Shown in pieces: positions 1-12,100 of a stretch of DNA of 64,000 bases (position 1 is its first letter; every line of letters begins with the position of its first letter). The translations under genes and the position numbers were made by a program. Origin of the DNA: Macrostomum hystrix (Eukaryota > Animalia > Platyhelminthes); assembly GCA_950097015.1 (NCBI GenBank), contig CATNEN010000037.1, forward strand, positions 682,001 through 746,000, written 5' to 3'. The notes below the pieces were generated by a model. That model made no database searches and was not told where the DNA came from. It was given only the letters and a program-made list of their open reading frames with translations.

Positions 1-809
1 TTTTAGCCAACTATTCAGCATTGACATGTCAGTGCTTCTAGAAAATTCTTTTCGCTTATATTCTAACTCCAGTTTATCTGAAGATCAAAAGATTCAAAAC
101 ATTGCTGCTTCAAGTTGACAGAAACTTTCGGTTTCAGTTCACTTTTAGTTCAGAATTGTTTTCTTCTATTATTAGCCGTTTAAGTGATGCACAAATTAAA
201 TTTATTTACAAACTGATGCAATGTTTTTGTCATTTTTGCAGTACTTCAGAACTTTATACGCAACTCTGCTGAATGTACTGTCACACTTTATCTGTTTCTT
301 TAATTTTGAAAGATTTTCACAATTTAAGTGCTTAAGTTTAGTTACACGACTAGTTCAACTGAACTTCATCGAACTTTGATTGAAAATAGCAAAACACTTT
401 CGTATCGCTACTTATAAGTAGGTCTACGGACAACATTTGTGACTTGACGCTGTTGATTTTTCAATAATTGAGATCACTGCCCTTGTCAGTATTGTAGATT
501 TCAACAAAAAATTATCGCCCATATAAATGTGACTGTACAAAATAAATTGGTTGCAGCAAATAATAATGAATGAATTCTAGTGCCGTTTCAGACGCGTTTT
601 GCAAATCTAATCATGCTTGATAAAAAATTCAATACATATCGGCTAGTCCAAGTTGTGTAGCATAATTTGCAGCTGCAAAAGGAAGTCAGTCACTTGTATG
701 TTATAGCATTCTATTTATTGTGGATAGTAGAATATTTATATGCTTGAGATGCTTATATTTGAGAAAAATATATTATGGCTTCACGACAATTTTGGAGTAA
801 AAGCAGTTT

Positions 810-882
810 TGGAGTACCAGGGCATCGATCCCTGTACCTCTCGCATGCTAAGCGAGCGCTCTACCATTTGAGCTAGTACCCC
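810..882 (-). tRNA. tRNA-Ala (anticodon AGC)
   Basis: Minus strand GGGGTACTAGCTCAAATGGTAGAGCGCTCGCTTAGCATGCGAGAGGTACAGGGATCGATGCCCTGGTACTCCA folds as a full cloverleaf. It has the G3:U70 Ala identity pair and anticodon arm CTCGC-TTAGCAT-GCGAG. No encoded CCA; a TTTT Pol III terminator lies about 8 nt downstream (799-802). Confidence 0.97.
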
Positions 883-3224
883 ATCTACAATTGCCAGAGC
901 CACGTGTATACTTTGAATTTGTTGGGAATATATGTGACTGAATATGACTGCATGTTTTTTCTTGTAAGTAAAAAGCGTGTCCCATAAGTAGCGTAAATTG
1001 GGCATTAGGTAAGCTGGGATCGGATGAAAATATCTCGTAAGCATTTGGAAACCACGAACGACTAGGAGTAGACTACTCAGTAGACTCCTAGCAGTCTACT
1101 CCGAGTGGTCCTTGTTAGAAACTTTGACCTAATATTTTCGGATTGTACGAGGAAGCTATAGCGCTGCACAAACCAAGGCTTGAATACAAATGACAGGGTT
1201 ACCTATGCAACTACGAAATTCCACTGTGCGCTTCATTCAGTTTTTATGTAAATGTGCAGCAACTTCTTAACAGCAGATGTTCAGGGTTACCCATAGATAA
1301 TTTAATGCTCTAGAATTTTAATAAACTATAGCTTAAATAAAATTTTAATTAAATAAAATAATATTCAGTTATTGTTCAGTTAGTTAGTTTTGGAGTTCTA
1401 CTCCAAAAGTAAAAGTAGAAGTAGAGTAGAACTCTAAGTTCTACTTAGTTAGAAAACTAACTTAGTTAGCTATAATTTCAGAATTCTCAAGGCAAAAATG
1501 AGTGGCACAACTTCTATAGACAACTTCTATGGTCACCATAGACCATATCTAGATCGCATTTATGATTGACATTAGCATAGTATAAACATTTTAGCCGTAA
1601 CATTTAGTCATAATTTTTCCCTAACCACATAAAAAACTTTTGTTTAAAACACCTGTAATGTTTTAGCGTTAATTTAACAGAGCAGCAAAATGAAAAAATT
1701 ATAACCAAGCGCGCTACGTGGCCCGATAATTATTGTATTGAATTTATGCGCACTGTAGTTTTCTAAAAATTGTAGTTTGAAAAATTTCTGAAACAGAAAA
1801 ACAAACTAGTATCAGTAAGGAAAAGTTAAAATCTTGAAGTTCACTTTAAGTCGACTGAAATTACCATGTTTCTATATGCTGTGTGTGTGATCGATTGATT
1901 GATTATTGATTGGCTACATACATGCGCAACACCCGGCCGACCCGGCCGAACCGGCCGGGTGAAACGAGGGCCAAGCAAGGTAAGTCGCAAAAACCAATTG
2001 ACCAAGCGCAAAAAAATCAAAGGGGGGACCAAGGGACAAAAAAGGAAGGCGTGAAGAAAAGGAAAAAGGGGAGAGAAAAAGAGCAAATGAGAGCAAACTA
2101 AGTCGTAAATAGAGCAATGAAATGAACTAAGTCGCAAATGAGAGCAAAAACTAAGTCGCACGGCCGGCTAAGATTTGGGAGGTTGCGCATGTATGATTGG
2201 CTAGCTATTTACCCCTGCATTTGCATTGCTAGCTTAGCCAGTTTAGATCTATTTCCCTACGATTCTGCTGTACCTAACCAAAATTTTTTATATTGCTCAA
2301 AGTATTTGGGTCGGTGTTGCTGCTTTGCATCTCATCGAATTTGTGTAATCCTAGGGTTGCAACTCATCGCATAGTCTGCTCACATGGGTTTGTCTCTATA
2401 GACGACTACAGTTTCAGCTGTTGCTTATGTAGCTTTAGCTTATTATCCATTAAGATAATTTTTAGTGATAAAATGTCATAAGATATCACCATCCACATTT
2501 CTCACCTAAATAAGACAATATAAAACAGCTAGTTTCTGTGAGTTTCTATAAAAATAATTAGAGCTAGTTTTGATCATAATAAATAGTCATGTTTAGGCTA
2601 GGCTAAGTTTTTTTCTAAAAACTAGAAAACTAGAAACTGACAAAATGAAAATGGTAGCACCAGTCTAAATTTATTAGCAGAACCAGTCACTATATACAAG
2701 TGCTCAACAATATTCCAGTTGATTTGGTATTGTCTGCATAGGATTTGGGATTTTAGCAGTTTTCCTTCTCTCGTATATCACTAAATAGCTAATGCTCTCA
2801 AACTTCAATTATTTTTATGTCTTATATTTACCTCTCATGTTTGATTATATTGACTTTTGATTCCACTAATCAATTCTTTTTACTTTTACCCTATAGCAGC
2901 AATAGGTAATTTTTTCTATTTGGTTATCTTGAACTCCATGAGAACTTTTAACTTGAACTCACCAAATAGGCCTAACTAAAATACTTATTTAGTTAGTTTT
3001 TTTGGATTGAAACATTTATAAACATTTCCTATGTCCTATAAATATTTGACATTGCTAGCTTGCTAGTCAATACAAAAGGTGAATTTAAGACAAGATTCTT
3101 TAAGACAAGTTTTAATTAACTTTTCAAATTTAACTTTATAGAACTAGTATTACCTACTAGATTCTTTATTTTGTTTCAGTGGCTGGCATCAGGCAACAGT
3201 GGATCATAATATCAACAAGAAATT

Positions 3225-6200
3225 ATGCTGAAAAAATCGCTAGGCGCCAGTCGCCTATTTGATCGGGTTAATGAGCTGCCGATTCCTCTGCTGCCTGGTA
3301 GTGCCAGCTGGCGTCGTCTCCGTGATGTCGGAGCCGCCCTGGCCAAGCTGGAGGTTGGGCCGCAGGAGCCCAGCCAAGCCGCTTTCAGAGAGCGCCATCT
3401 GCCGCTAGCCAAGGCGTCTCTGGTCAGACTGCTGTGCAAGGAGGCCTCAGTGAGTGCCAGTGGCCAGCAGGCCAGATTTCAACAGCTGGCAGCGTCCCTC
3501 GACCACGCTCTGGTTGGACAGTTCTATGGGACTCTAAGAGAGCTGAGGTGAGCTTTGCAACCTAATCCCATGTTTCGGCTCCCACGGCAACTTGAAAAAA
3601 TTCCGAATTCCCAACAATCGACAGGGATTTATTCGCGCCATTGAATCCCGACGACTGACACGCCAACCAATCAGATGCCTCGACGTGCCAGATTAGACGC
3701 CGAATTCGACTTTCTTCGTCGCCTGGCCTGCTGTGTTGGAGGCTGCCAACTTTAGAGAACTCGGCCGCGCCCAGGTAGCCCGCGCGCTTAGCCTGCACAA
3801 GTCGCGGGCTGGCGTGCAGGTAATGCCGTCTAACTCGATTGTTCGTTTTTGCTTGCTAAATCATCATTCTTCACTTGTTACTTTTGAAAAGCTCTGATGG
3901 ACTTAGGTAGATAGCGGGTATCAAGCGAATTTCTGATAAACTAGATGGACATCATGGAAGCTCTGATGACTGGATGGTTGATGATGGACTGGATGGTTGA
4001 TGGTGGAAGCTCTGGTGGACTGGATGGTTGATGATGGACTGGATGGTTGATGGTGGAAGCTCTGATGGACTGGATGGTTGATTATGGAAGCTCTGATGGA
4101 CTGGATGGTTGATGTTGGAAGCTCTGGTGGACTGAATGGTTGATGATGGAAGCTCTGGTGGACTGGACGGTTGATGATGGAAGCTCTGGTGGACTGGATG
4201 GTTGATGATCGAAGCGCTGATGGACTGGAGGGTTGATGATGGAAGCTCTGGTGGACTGGACGGTTGATGATGGAAGCTCTGATGGACTGGATGGTTGATG
4301 ATCGAAGCGCTGATGGACTGGAGGGTTGATGATGGAAGCTCTGATGGACTGGAGGGTTGATGATGGAAGCTCTGGTGGACTGGAGGGTTGATGATGGAAG
4401 CTCTGATGGACTGGATGGTTGATGATCGAAGCGCTGATGGACTGGAGGGTTGATGATGGAAGCTCTGATGGACTGGAGGGTTGATGATGGAAGCGCTGAT
4501 AGACTGGAGGGTTGATGATGGAAGCTCTGATGGACTGTGATAGGACGACTTTCTACAGGAATAAGTTTTCCATGTTGACCAAGAAAGCTGTTTACATTGT
4601 CAGGTTGGTGTCGACCTCTCCAAATACGACGTGCTCCGTGCATGGGTCATCGGCCAGACTGACGCTCCGAAGTCATCAGCTTCGGGTCTGATTGGCCGCC
4701 TACGTTCGGCCCTGCTGCGCGGCGGCAGCGTCAGCGAAAACGGCGGAGAGCCGCAGCTCTATCAGCGGCTGGTCCTTGCAGTGCGGCTAAGGCAGAGTGA
4801 TCGGCTCAGCGTCAAGATGTTCAAGAATGTGGAGGCCGGCGCTTTGGATATGCTGCTACCGGAAGGTGAGGTTGCGAATGGCCGAGATTTGCTTAATAGT
4901 GACTATAGGATTCCAGGTTGAGGGTTGAGGGATCGGGATCCCGGGTTGAGGGATCGGGATCCCGGGTTGAGGGATCGGGATCCCGGGTTGAGGGATCGGG
5001 ATCCCGGGTTGAGGGATCGGGATCCCGGGTTGAGGGATCGGGATCCCGGGTTGAGGGATCGGGATCCCGGGTTGAGGGATCGGGATCCCGGGTATACTGA
5101 AAAGACTGAACAAGAATAGTAAACAAGTTTTTAGTAGGGCTTTTTTTATTTTTTTTATCTCATTCTTTAATCTGCTTTTCCATGATACTACTTACAAGTA
5201 GCAGTCTGTTCCACGTGCCCTGACTAAAGGATAGCAAAAAGTATTTTTTGTCTCCCAGACTGCAGCTCATCTGTTGGCAATGTCTGTGAGCTCTTAGCCT
5301 TCCCCAGGAGGCACTGCAAGCTGTTGCTGGGTGGCTGTTAATCATTAATTATTCCCTTTCTCATGCTTCCATTGGCACATCGTTTCGCTCTCTCGTACTG
5401 TCTCTCCCCTGCTAATCTTCCATGCATTGCTGCTGCTTTCTTGTGTGCCAAATTTCTGGGGATCTATTGGGTAGGAAAAAGAAGATAGGAGAGGTTGTGA
5501 GGCTGACGATTTCTTTAGCATTTTCCTGTCGCATATATATTTAGTATCATTTAGAACCCCATTTTCAGATTTCCCATTAGCAAGGACTAGAAGTCTTCCT
5601 TGCCCGCCTGCCGCTTGCTTTCTGGCGGAACAAGAACAAGAAGAAGTGGCTGGCTAGATTGATGAGAATGGAGGGACAGCGGGAAATAAGTCGCTAATGC
5701 GTGCTGTGAGTTAGGTCTCTGTTGCTGAGCATATCTGGCCTGGAATTATAAGTCCAAGCTTGCATTGTGCTACAAGCTATGATGCTTGTCTGTCAGTTAA
5801 GAACTTTTATCTACGATTCTAAGCTGGGTCAAATAGCTTGACACCAAATTCATCGTACATATGAGTTCATTCTGAAAGCATCCAACATCCTCCTACAGTC
5901 AGCTGTCATCCCCACATTCGCTGTGGATGCTGTCATCCCACATCCTCTGTGGATGCTGTCATCCCACATTCCGCTGTGGATGCTGTCATCCCCACATCCT
6001 CTGTGGATGCTGTCATCCCCACATTCGCTGTAGATGCTGTCATCCCCACATCCTCTGTGGAGGGGGTCGGTGGCAGAGCGGTTAACGCGTTCGCCACTCG
6101 CACCACAGTCCCTAAGTTCGATTCCGCGGCGAGGCCACATTTATTTGTGGCGCAGCTGCGAAGAGATGGCTTTGGGGCTGGTCGTGCTATTAACGCCATT

Positions 6201-7299
6201 CTGGGCCAACCTCAAATGCACAGTGAACTGTACACTGCCTGGAGATGAGAAAGTCAGGGCAGATGTACACACCTGTGTGAGCGTATGCCTGCGTACGGTA
6301 TCTGTGTGCGTGTGTGCTCAGGAGTCAGCGAAATGGGCAGAATTGCCTCCTCGCTGGCTGCGGGTCTAGTGTCACCAAACTATGTGTCATTGCCCGCAGC
6401 CCTCCTGCAATTATTATTATTATTCATCCTCTGTGGATGCTGTCATCCCCACATCCTCTGTGGATGCTGTCATCCCCACATCCTCTGTGGATGCTGTCAT
6501 CCCCACATCCTCTGTGGATGCTGTCATCCCCACATCCTCTGTGGATGCTGTCATCCCCACACTCTGTGGATGCTGTCATCCCCACATTCTCTGTGGATGC
6601 TGTCATCCCACATTCTCTGTGGATGCTGTCATCCCCACATTCGCTGTGGATGCTGTCATCCCCACATTCGCTGTGGATGCTGTCATCCCCACATTCGCTG
6701 TGGATGCTGTCATCCCCACATTCGCTGTGGATGCTGTCATAGCTCTGTAAGCAAATCCCATTAATGTCTGAAATGATGTGAATCCTGTGACCGCCCCTTC
6801 TTCAGGCAATCTAGTGATGTCCTCGCTGGACCGCGGCATCATCTTCAGCACGCTCAGCCTTGGCACGGGTGGCGCCCTGTTTGCCAGCTACGCCTGGAAG
6901 CATCACCTGCCCTACGTTGATTGGTGGGGCATTGTTACGGGAGTCAGCCTGTTGGCGGCATTTCGCGGCACGGTCACATACAAGGAAAGAAAATCCAGGC
7001 ACCTGTCTGAACTGGCCGCATTGGTCTATCACAACTGCCTGGCTGGCAACAGGCCATTGCTGGCTATGCTGACTGATAGGGCCGAAGATGAGGCCTTTAA
7101 ATCTGCACTGCTAGCCTATGGTCTGCTGTTGAATCAGCCCGACGGCTTGACTCCTCTGCAGTTGGAACAGGCTGCTCAGGATTGGACTATGAAAGCGTGC
7201 GGAGTTGCTCTGGAGTTCGATTCAGATCGGCCAGTGGAGTTGCTAACCGCTTTCGGTCTGGTGGCTGTCAAGCAGCCTGTCGAGGTTCGTGGCGATTAA
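3225..7299 (+). CDS. TMEM143: TMEM143 (DUF3754) homolog; exons 3225-3547, 3625-3819 (two apparent 1-nt frameshifts), 4604-4865, 6806-7299; possible further terminal exon about 7593/7600-7833
   Basis: Motifs FRERHLPLAKASLVRLL, DLFAPLNPD, EAANFRELG, VGVDLSKYDVLRAWVIGQ, YQRLVLAVR..LSVKMFKNV..LDMLLPE and LVYHNCLAGNRPLLAMLTDRAEDEAFKSALLAY match TMEM143 blocks (RERFIP, LYDPINPD, QANF, VNLDQY, LKSFKDTP..LEQLLPE, LRAQDEHTKEALLA) in order. All GT-AG phases are compatible except within exon 2. Confidence 0.85.
3945..4537 (+). repeat. Degenerate approximately 31-bp minisatellite (GATGGACTGGATGGTTGATGATGGAAGCTCT) in TMEM143 intron 2
   Basis: Visible tandem periodicity; accounts for ORF 3921-4643. Confidence 0.9.
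4916..5093 (+). repeat. 21-bp minisatellite GGGTTGAGGGATCGGGATCCC x about 8.5 in TMEM143 intron 3
   Basis: Near-perfect tandem copies. Confidence 0.95.
5901..6738 (+). repeat. 27-bp minisatellite GGATGCTGTCATCCCCACATCCTCTGT, interrupted by a SINE
   Basis: Tandem copies on both sides of 6062-6424; the unit contains the internal inverted repeat GGATG/CATCC. Confidence 0.95.
6062..6424 (+). mobile_element. tRNA-derived SINE, family A, full-length (363 bp) with 13-bp TSD
   Basis: A-box TGGCAGAGCGG, B-box GTTCGATTCC, 3' stem GCTGCGGG...CCCGCAGC and (ATT)n tail. TSD CATCCTCTGTGGA at 6049-6061 and 6425-6437. Three other copies are in the window. Confidence 0.9.
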
Positions 7300-7315
7300 C
7301 TAGCCCCAGAACTGG

Positions 7316-7535
7316 ACCTATTCTAATTCCAGTGAACCTATTCTAATTCCAGTGAACCTATTCTAATTCCAGTGAACCTGTTCTAATTCCAGTGAACCTG
7401 TTCTAATTCCAGTGAACCTGTTCTAATTCCAGTGAACCTGTTCTAATTCCAGTGAACCTGTTCTAATTCCAGTGAACCTGTTCTAATTCCAGTGAACCTA
7501 TTCTAATTCTAGTGAACCTGTTCTAATCCTAGTGG
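7316..7535 (+). repeat. 20-bp minisatellite CCTGTTCTAATTCCAGTGAA x about 11
   Basis: Tandem copies. Confidence 0.95.
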
Positions 7536-7987
7536 ATGTGTTCTCATGTTAGTAGACTTGTTCTCACCTTACTACCCATCTTTCACCTACAGTTGGCAGC
7601 TAAAGGAGCAAGATAAAGCAGAAGCCAAGCAGATTGCAGCAGATGCTGCTAATTTAGTTTCTAGCGAAGAAGCCCGCCTAGTTGCCGTTGATATTGGCCA
7701 GGCTCTCGGCCAGTTGCCGTCGCGTCCGTCGCGTTCTCACCTGCTTCTCAGCGATCAATACGGCGACGCATTCGAGCAGGACAGATACGCGCTGCTGGTG
7801 GATGTTGAACGGCGCCAGGTTGGCTGGAAGTGACGTTAGAAATTATTGTACTTTAATTGCGGACGAGTGAAAATTGGAGTCAATCAGGTTTTGCTTATTG
7901 GGTGTGTACTGAAATGCGCAAATTTAATTTGAAAACTTTTTCAGCCACATTCTACATTTTCAGCGGGTTAGATTTTGACAAATAAAA

Positions 7988-8645
7988 TCTACAGTTTGGT
8001 CTACAGTTAGGTCTACAGTTAGATCTACAGTTTGGTCTACAGTTTGGTCTACAGTTTGGTCTACAGTTAGGTCTACAGTTAGATCTACAGTTTGGTCTAC
8101 AGTTTGGTCTACACTTAGGTCTACAGTTAGATCTAAAGTTAAGTCTACAGTTAGGTCTAAAGTTAGGTCTACAGTTTGGTCTAAAGTTAGGTCTACAGTT
8201 AGGGCTACAGTTAGGTCTAGAGTTTGGTCTACAGTTTGGTCTACAGTTAGGTCTACAGTTAGATCTAAAGTTAAGTCTACAGTTAGGTCTAAAGTTAGGT
8301 CTACAGTTTGGTCTAAAGTTAGGTCTACAGTTTGGTCTACAGTTTGGTCTAAAGTTAGGTCTACAGTTTGGTCTACAGTTAGGGCTACAGTTAGGTCTAC
8401 AGTTTGGTCTAAAGTTAGGTCTACAGTTTGGTCTACAGTTAGGTCTACAGTTTGGTCTACAGTTAGGGCTACAGTTAGGTCTAGAGTTTGGTCTACAGTT
8501 TGGTCTACAGTTAGGTCTACAGTTCAGTGTACAGTTCAGTGTACAGTTAGGTCTACAGTTTGGTCTACAGTTTGATCTAAAGTTAGGTCTACAGTTTGGT
8601 CTAAAGTTAGGTCTACAGTTAGGGCTACAGTTAGGTCTACAGTCA
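7988..8645 (+). repeat. 12-bp minisatellite TCTACAGTT(A/T)GG x about 55
   Basis: Tandem copies, starting just after an AATAAA at about 7981. Confidence 0.95.
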
Positions 8646-9106
8646 TATTTACGGCTAGGGCTACAGGTAGGTCTACTTCATTCATAAGTCTTCCTCGCTA
8701 AAAAAATCCTTTAACCTAGTTTAGAAAGCATATTTTATACTTATCCTGTTACAATGAGAATGTGGGTTAGAATTGTAAAATCGAATAAGCTGGTGGTTTC
8801 CATCTAAAAATATGCGAATCATGGTTTTGTGCTACTATACTGTATTGACTTATGAGTTATTACCTGCAAAATATTACGAGTATATGCGCAAAATTATTTT
8901 GTATTATTACATAACTAACAAAACATACTAGCCTTATTCGATAATTTGTGACTATTCTAAGTTTTTTGCCTTTGCCCTCAATAAAACACTTCAGCCTACT
9001 TGCTAGGCCCATATGGGTGCAGAAAACACTGCGCCCGCATATTCACTTCTCATTATTGTGATTGCTTTCAGCTTTTCATTCGTTTATTTTACCCTTTTGT
9101 TTCTAG

Positions 9107-12100
9107 GTCTGCGATTGAAATGGTGAGATGGGTCTGCGATTTGAATGGTGAGATGGGTCAGGGATTGGAATGGTGAGATGGGTCAGGGATTGGAATGGTG
9201 AGATGGGTCTGGAATTGGAATGGTGAGATGGGTCAGGGATTGGAATGGTGAGATGGGTCAGGGATTGGAATGGTGAGATGGGTCTGCGATTGGAATGGTG
9301 AGATGGGTCTGCGATTGGAATGGTGAGATGGGTCTGCGATTGGAATGGTGAGATGGGTCTGCGATTGAAATGGTGAGATGGGTCTGCGATTTGAATGGTG
9401 AGATGGGCCAGGGATTGGAATGGTGAGATGGGTCTGCGATTGAAATGGTGAGATGGGTCTGCGATTTGAATGGTGAGATGGGTCAGGGATTGGAATAGTG
9501 AGATGGGTCAGGGATTGGAATGGTGAGATGGGTCTGCGATTGAAATGGTGAGATGGGTCAGGGATTGGAATGGTGAGATGGGTCTGCGATTGAAATGGTG
9601 AGATGGGTCAGGGATTGGAATGGTGAGATGGGTCAGGGATTGGAATGGTGAGATGGGTCAGGGATTGGAATGGTGAGATGGGTCTGCGATTGGAATGGTG
9701 AGATGGGTCAGGGATTGGAATGGTGAGATGGGTCTGCGATTGGAATGGTGAGATGGGTCTGCGATTGGAATGGTGAGATGGGTCTGCGATTGAAATGGTG
9801 AGATGGGTCTGCGATTGAATGGTGAGATGGGTCAGGGATTGGAATGGTGAGATGGGTCAGGGATTGGAATGGTGAGATGGGTCAGGGATTGGAATGGTGA
9901 GATGGGTCAGGGATTGGAATGGTGAGATGGGTCAGGGATTGGAATGGTGAGATGGGTCAGGGATTGGAATGGTGAGATGGGTCAGGGATTGGAATGGTGA
10001 GATGGGTCAGGGATTGGAATGGTGAGATGGGTCTGGATTGGAATGGTGAGATGGGTCAGGGATTGGAATGGTGAGATGGGTCAGGGATTGGAATGGTGAG
10101 ATGGGTCAGGGATTGGAATGGTGAGATGGGTCAGGGATTGGAATGGTGAGATGGGTCTGGGATTGGAATGGTGAGATGGGTCTGCGATTGGAATGGTGAG
10201 ATGGGTCAGGGATTGGAATGGTGAGATGGGTCAGGGATTGGAATGGTGAGATGGGTCTGCGATTGGAATGGTGAGATGGGTCTGCGATTGGAATGGTGAG
10301 ATGGGTCTGCGATTTGAATGGTGAGATGGGTCAGGGATTGGAATGGTGAGATGGGTCTGCGATTGAAATGGTGAGATGGGTCAGGGATTGGAATGGTGAG
10401 ATGGGTCAGGGATTGGAATGGTGAGATGGGTCTGCGATTGGAATGGTGAGATGGGTCTGCGATTGGAATGGTGAGATGGGTCTGCGATTGAAATGGTGAG
10501 ATGGGTCTGCGATTGAAATGGTGAGATGGGTCTGCGATTGGAATGGTGAGATGGGTCTGCGATTTGAATGGTGAGATGGGTCAGGGATTGGAATGGTGAG
10601 ATGGGTCTGCGATTGGAATGGTGAGATGGGTCAGGGATTGGAATGGTGAGATGGGTCAGGGATTGGAATGGTGAGATGGGTCTGCGATTGGAATGGTGAG
10701 ATGGGTCTGCGATTGGAATGGTGAGATGGGTCAGGGATTGGAATGGTGAGATGGGTCAGGGATTGGAATGGTGAGATGGGTCAGGGATTGGAATGGTGAG
10801 ATGGGTCTGCGATTTGAATGGTGAGATGGGTCAGGGATTGGAATGGTGAGATGGGTCAGGGATTGGAATGGTGAGATGGGTCTGCGATTGAAATGGTGAG
10901 ATGGGTCAGGGATTGGAATGGTGAGATGGATCTGGGATTGGAATGGTGAGATGGGTCAGGGATTGGAATGGTGAGATGGGTCAGGGATTGGAATGGTGAG
11001 ATGGGTCAGGGATTGGAATGGTGAGATGGGTCTGCGATTGGAATGGTGAGATGGTCAGGGATTGGAATGGTGAGATGGGTCTGCGATTGGAATGGTGAGA
11101 TGGGTCTGCGATTGGAATGGTGAGATGGGTCTGCGATTGAAATGGTGAGATGGGTCTGCGATTTGAATGGTGAGATGGGTCAGGGATTGGAATGGTGAGA
11201 TGGGTCAGGGATTGGAATGGTGAGATGGGTCAGGGATTGGAATGGTGAGATGGGTCTGGGATTGGAATGGTGAGATGGGTCTGCGATTGGAATGGTGAGA
11301 TGGGTCAGGGATTGGAATGGTGAGATGGGTCAGGGATTGGAATGGTGAGATGGGTCTGCGATTGGAATGGTGAGATGGGTCTGCGATTGAAATGGTGAGA
11401 TGGGTCTGCGATTTGAATGGTGAGATGGGTCAGGGATTGGAATGGTGAGATGGGTCTGCGATTGAAATGGTGAGATGGGTCTGCGATTTGAATGGTGAGA
11501 TGGGTCAGGGATTGGAATGGTGAGATGGGTCAGGGATTGGAATGGTGAGATGGGTCTGCGATTGAAATGGTGAGATGGGTCTGCGATTGGAATGGTGAGA
11601 TGGGTCTGCGATTGGAATGGTGAGATGGGTCTGCGATTGAATGGTGAGATGGGTCTGCGATTGGAATGGTGAGATGGGTCAGGGGATTGGAATGGTGAGA
11701 TGGGTCTGGCGATTGGAATGGTGAGATGGGTCTGCGATTGGAATGGTGAGATGGGTCAGGATTGGAATGGTGAGATGGGTCAGGGATTGGAATGGTGAGA
11801 TGGGTCAGGGATTGGAATGGTGAGATGGGTCAGGCGATTGGAAATGGTGAGATGGGTCAGGGATTGGAATGGTGAGATGGGTCAGGGATTGGAATGGTGA
11901 GATGGGTCAGGGATTGGAATGGTGAGAATGGGTCTGCGATTGAAATGGTGAGGATGGTGTCTGCGATTGGAATGGTGAGATGGGTCTGCGATTGGAATGG
12001 TGAGATGGGTCAGGGATTAGAATGGTGAGATGGGTCTGCGATTGGAATGGTGAGATGGGTCATGCGATTGGAATGGTGAGATGGGTCAGGGATTGGAATG

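Noticed and set aside
3921-6866. Repetitive ORFs (HQPSS, RDPDPST, CGCCHPH, VDAVIPT); the CGCCHPH frame looks metallothionein-like
   Set aside because: They lie inside TMEM143 introns and are by-products of tandem arrays.
7988-8645. Interstitial telomeric repeat
   Set aside because: TTAGG/TTAGGG appears only as part of a 12-bp unit, not as tandem telomeric hexamers.
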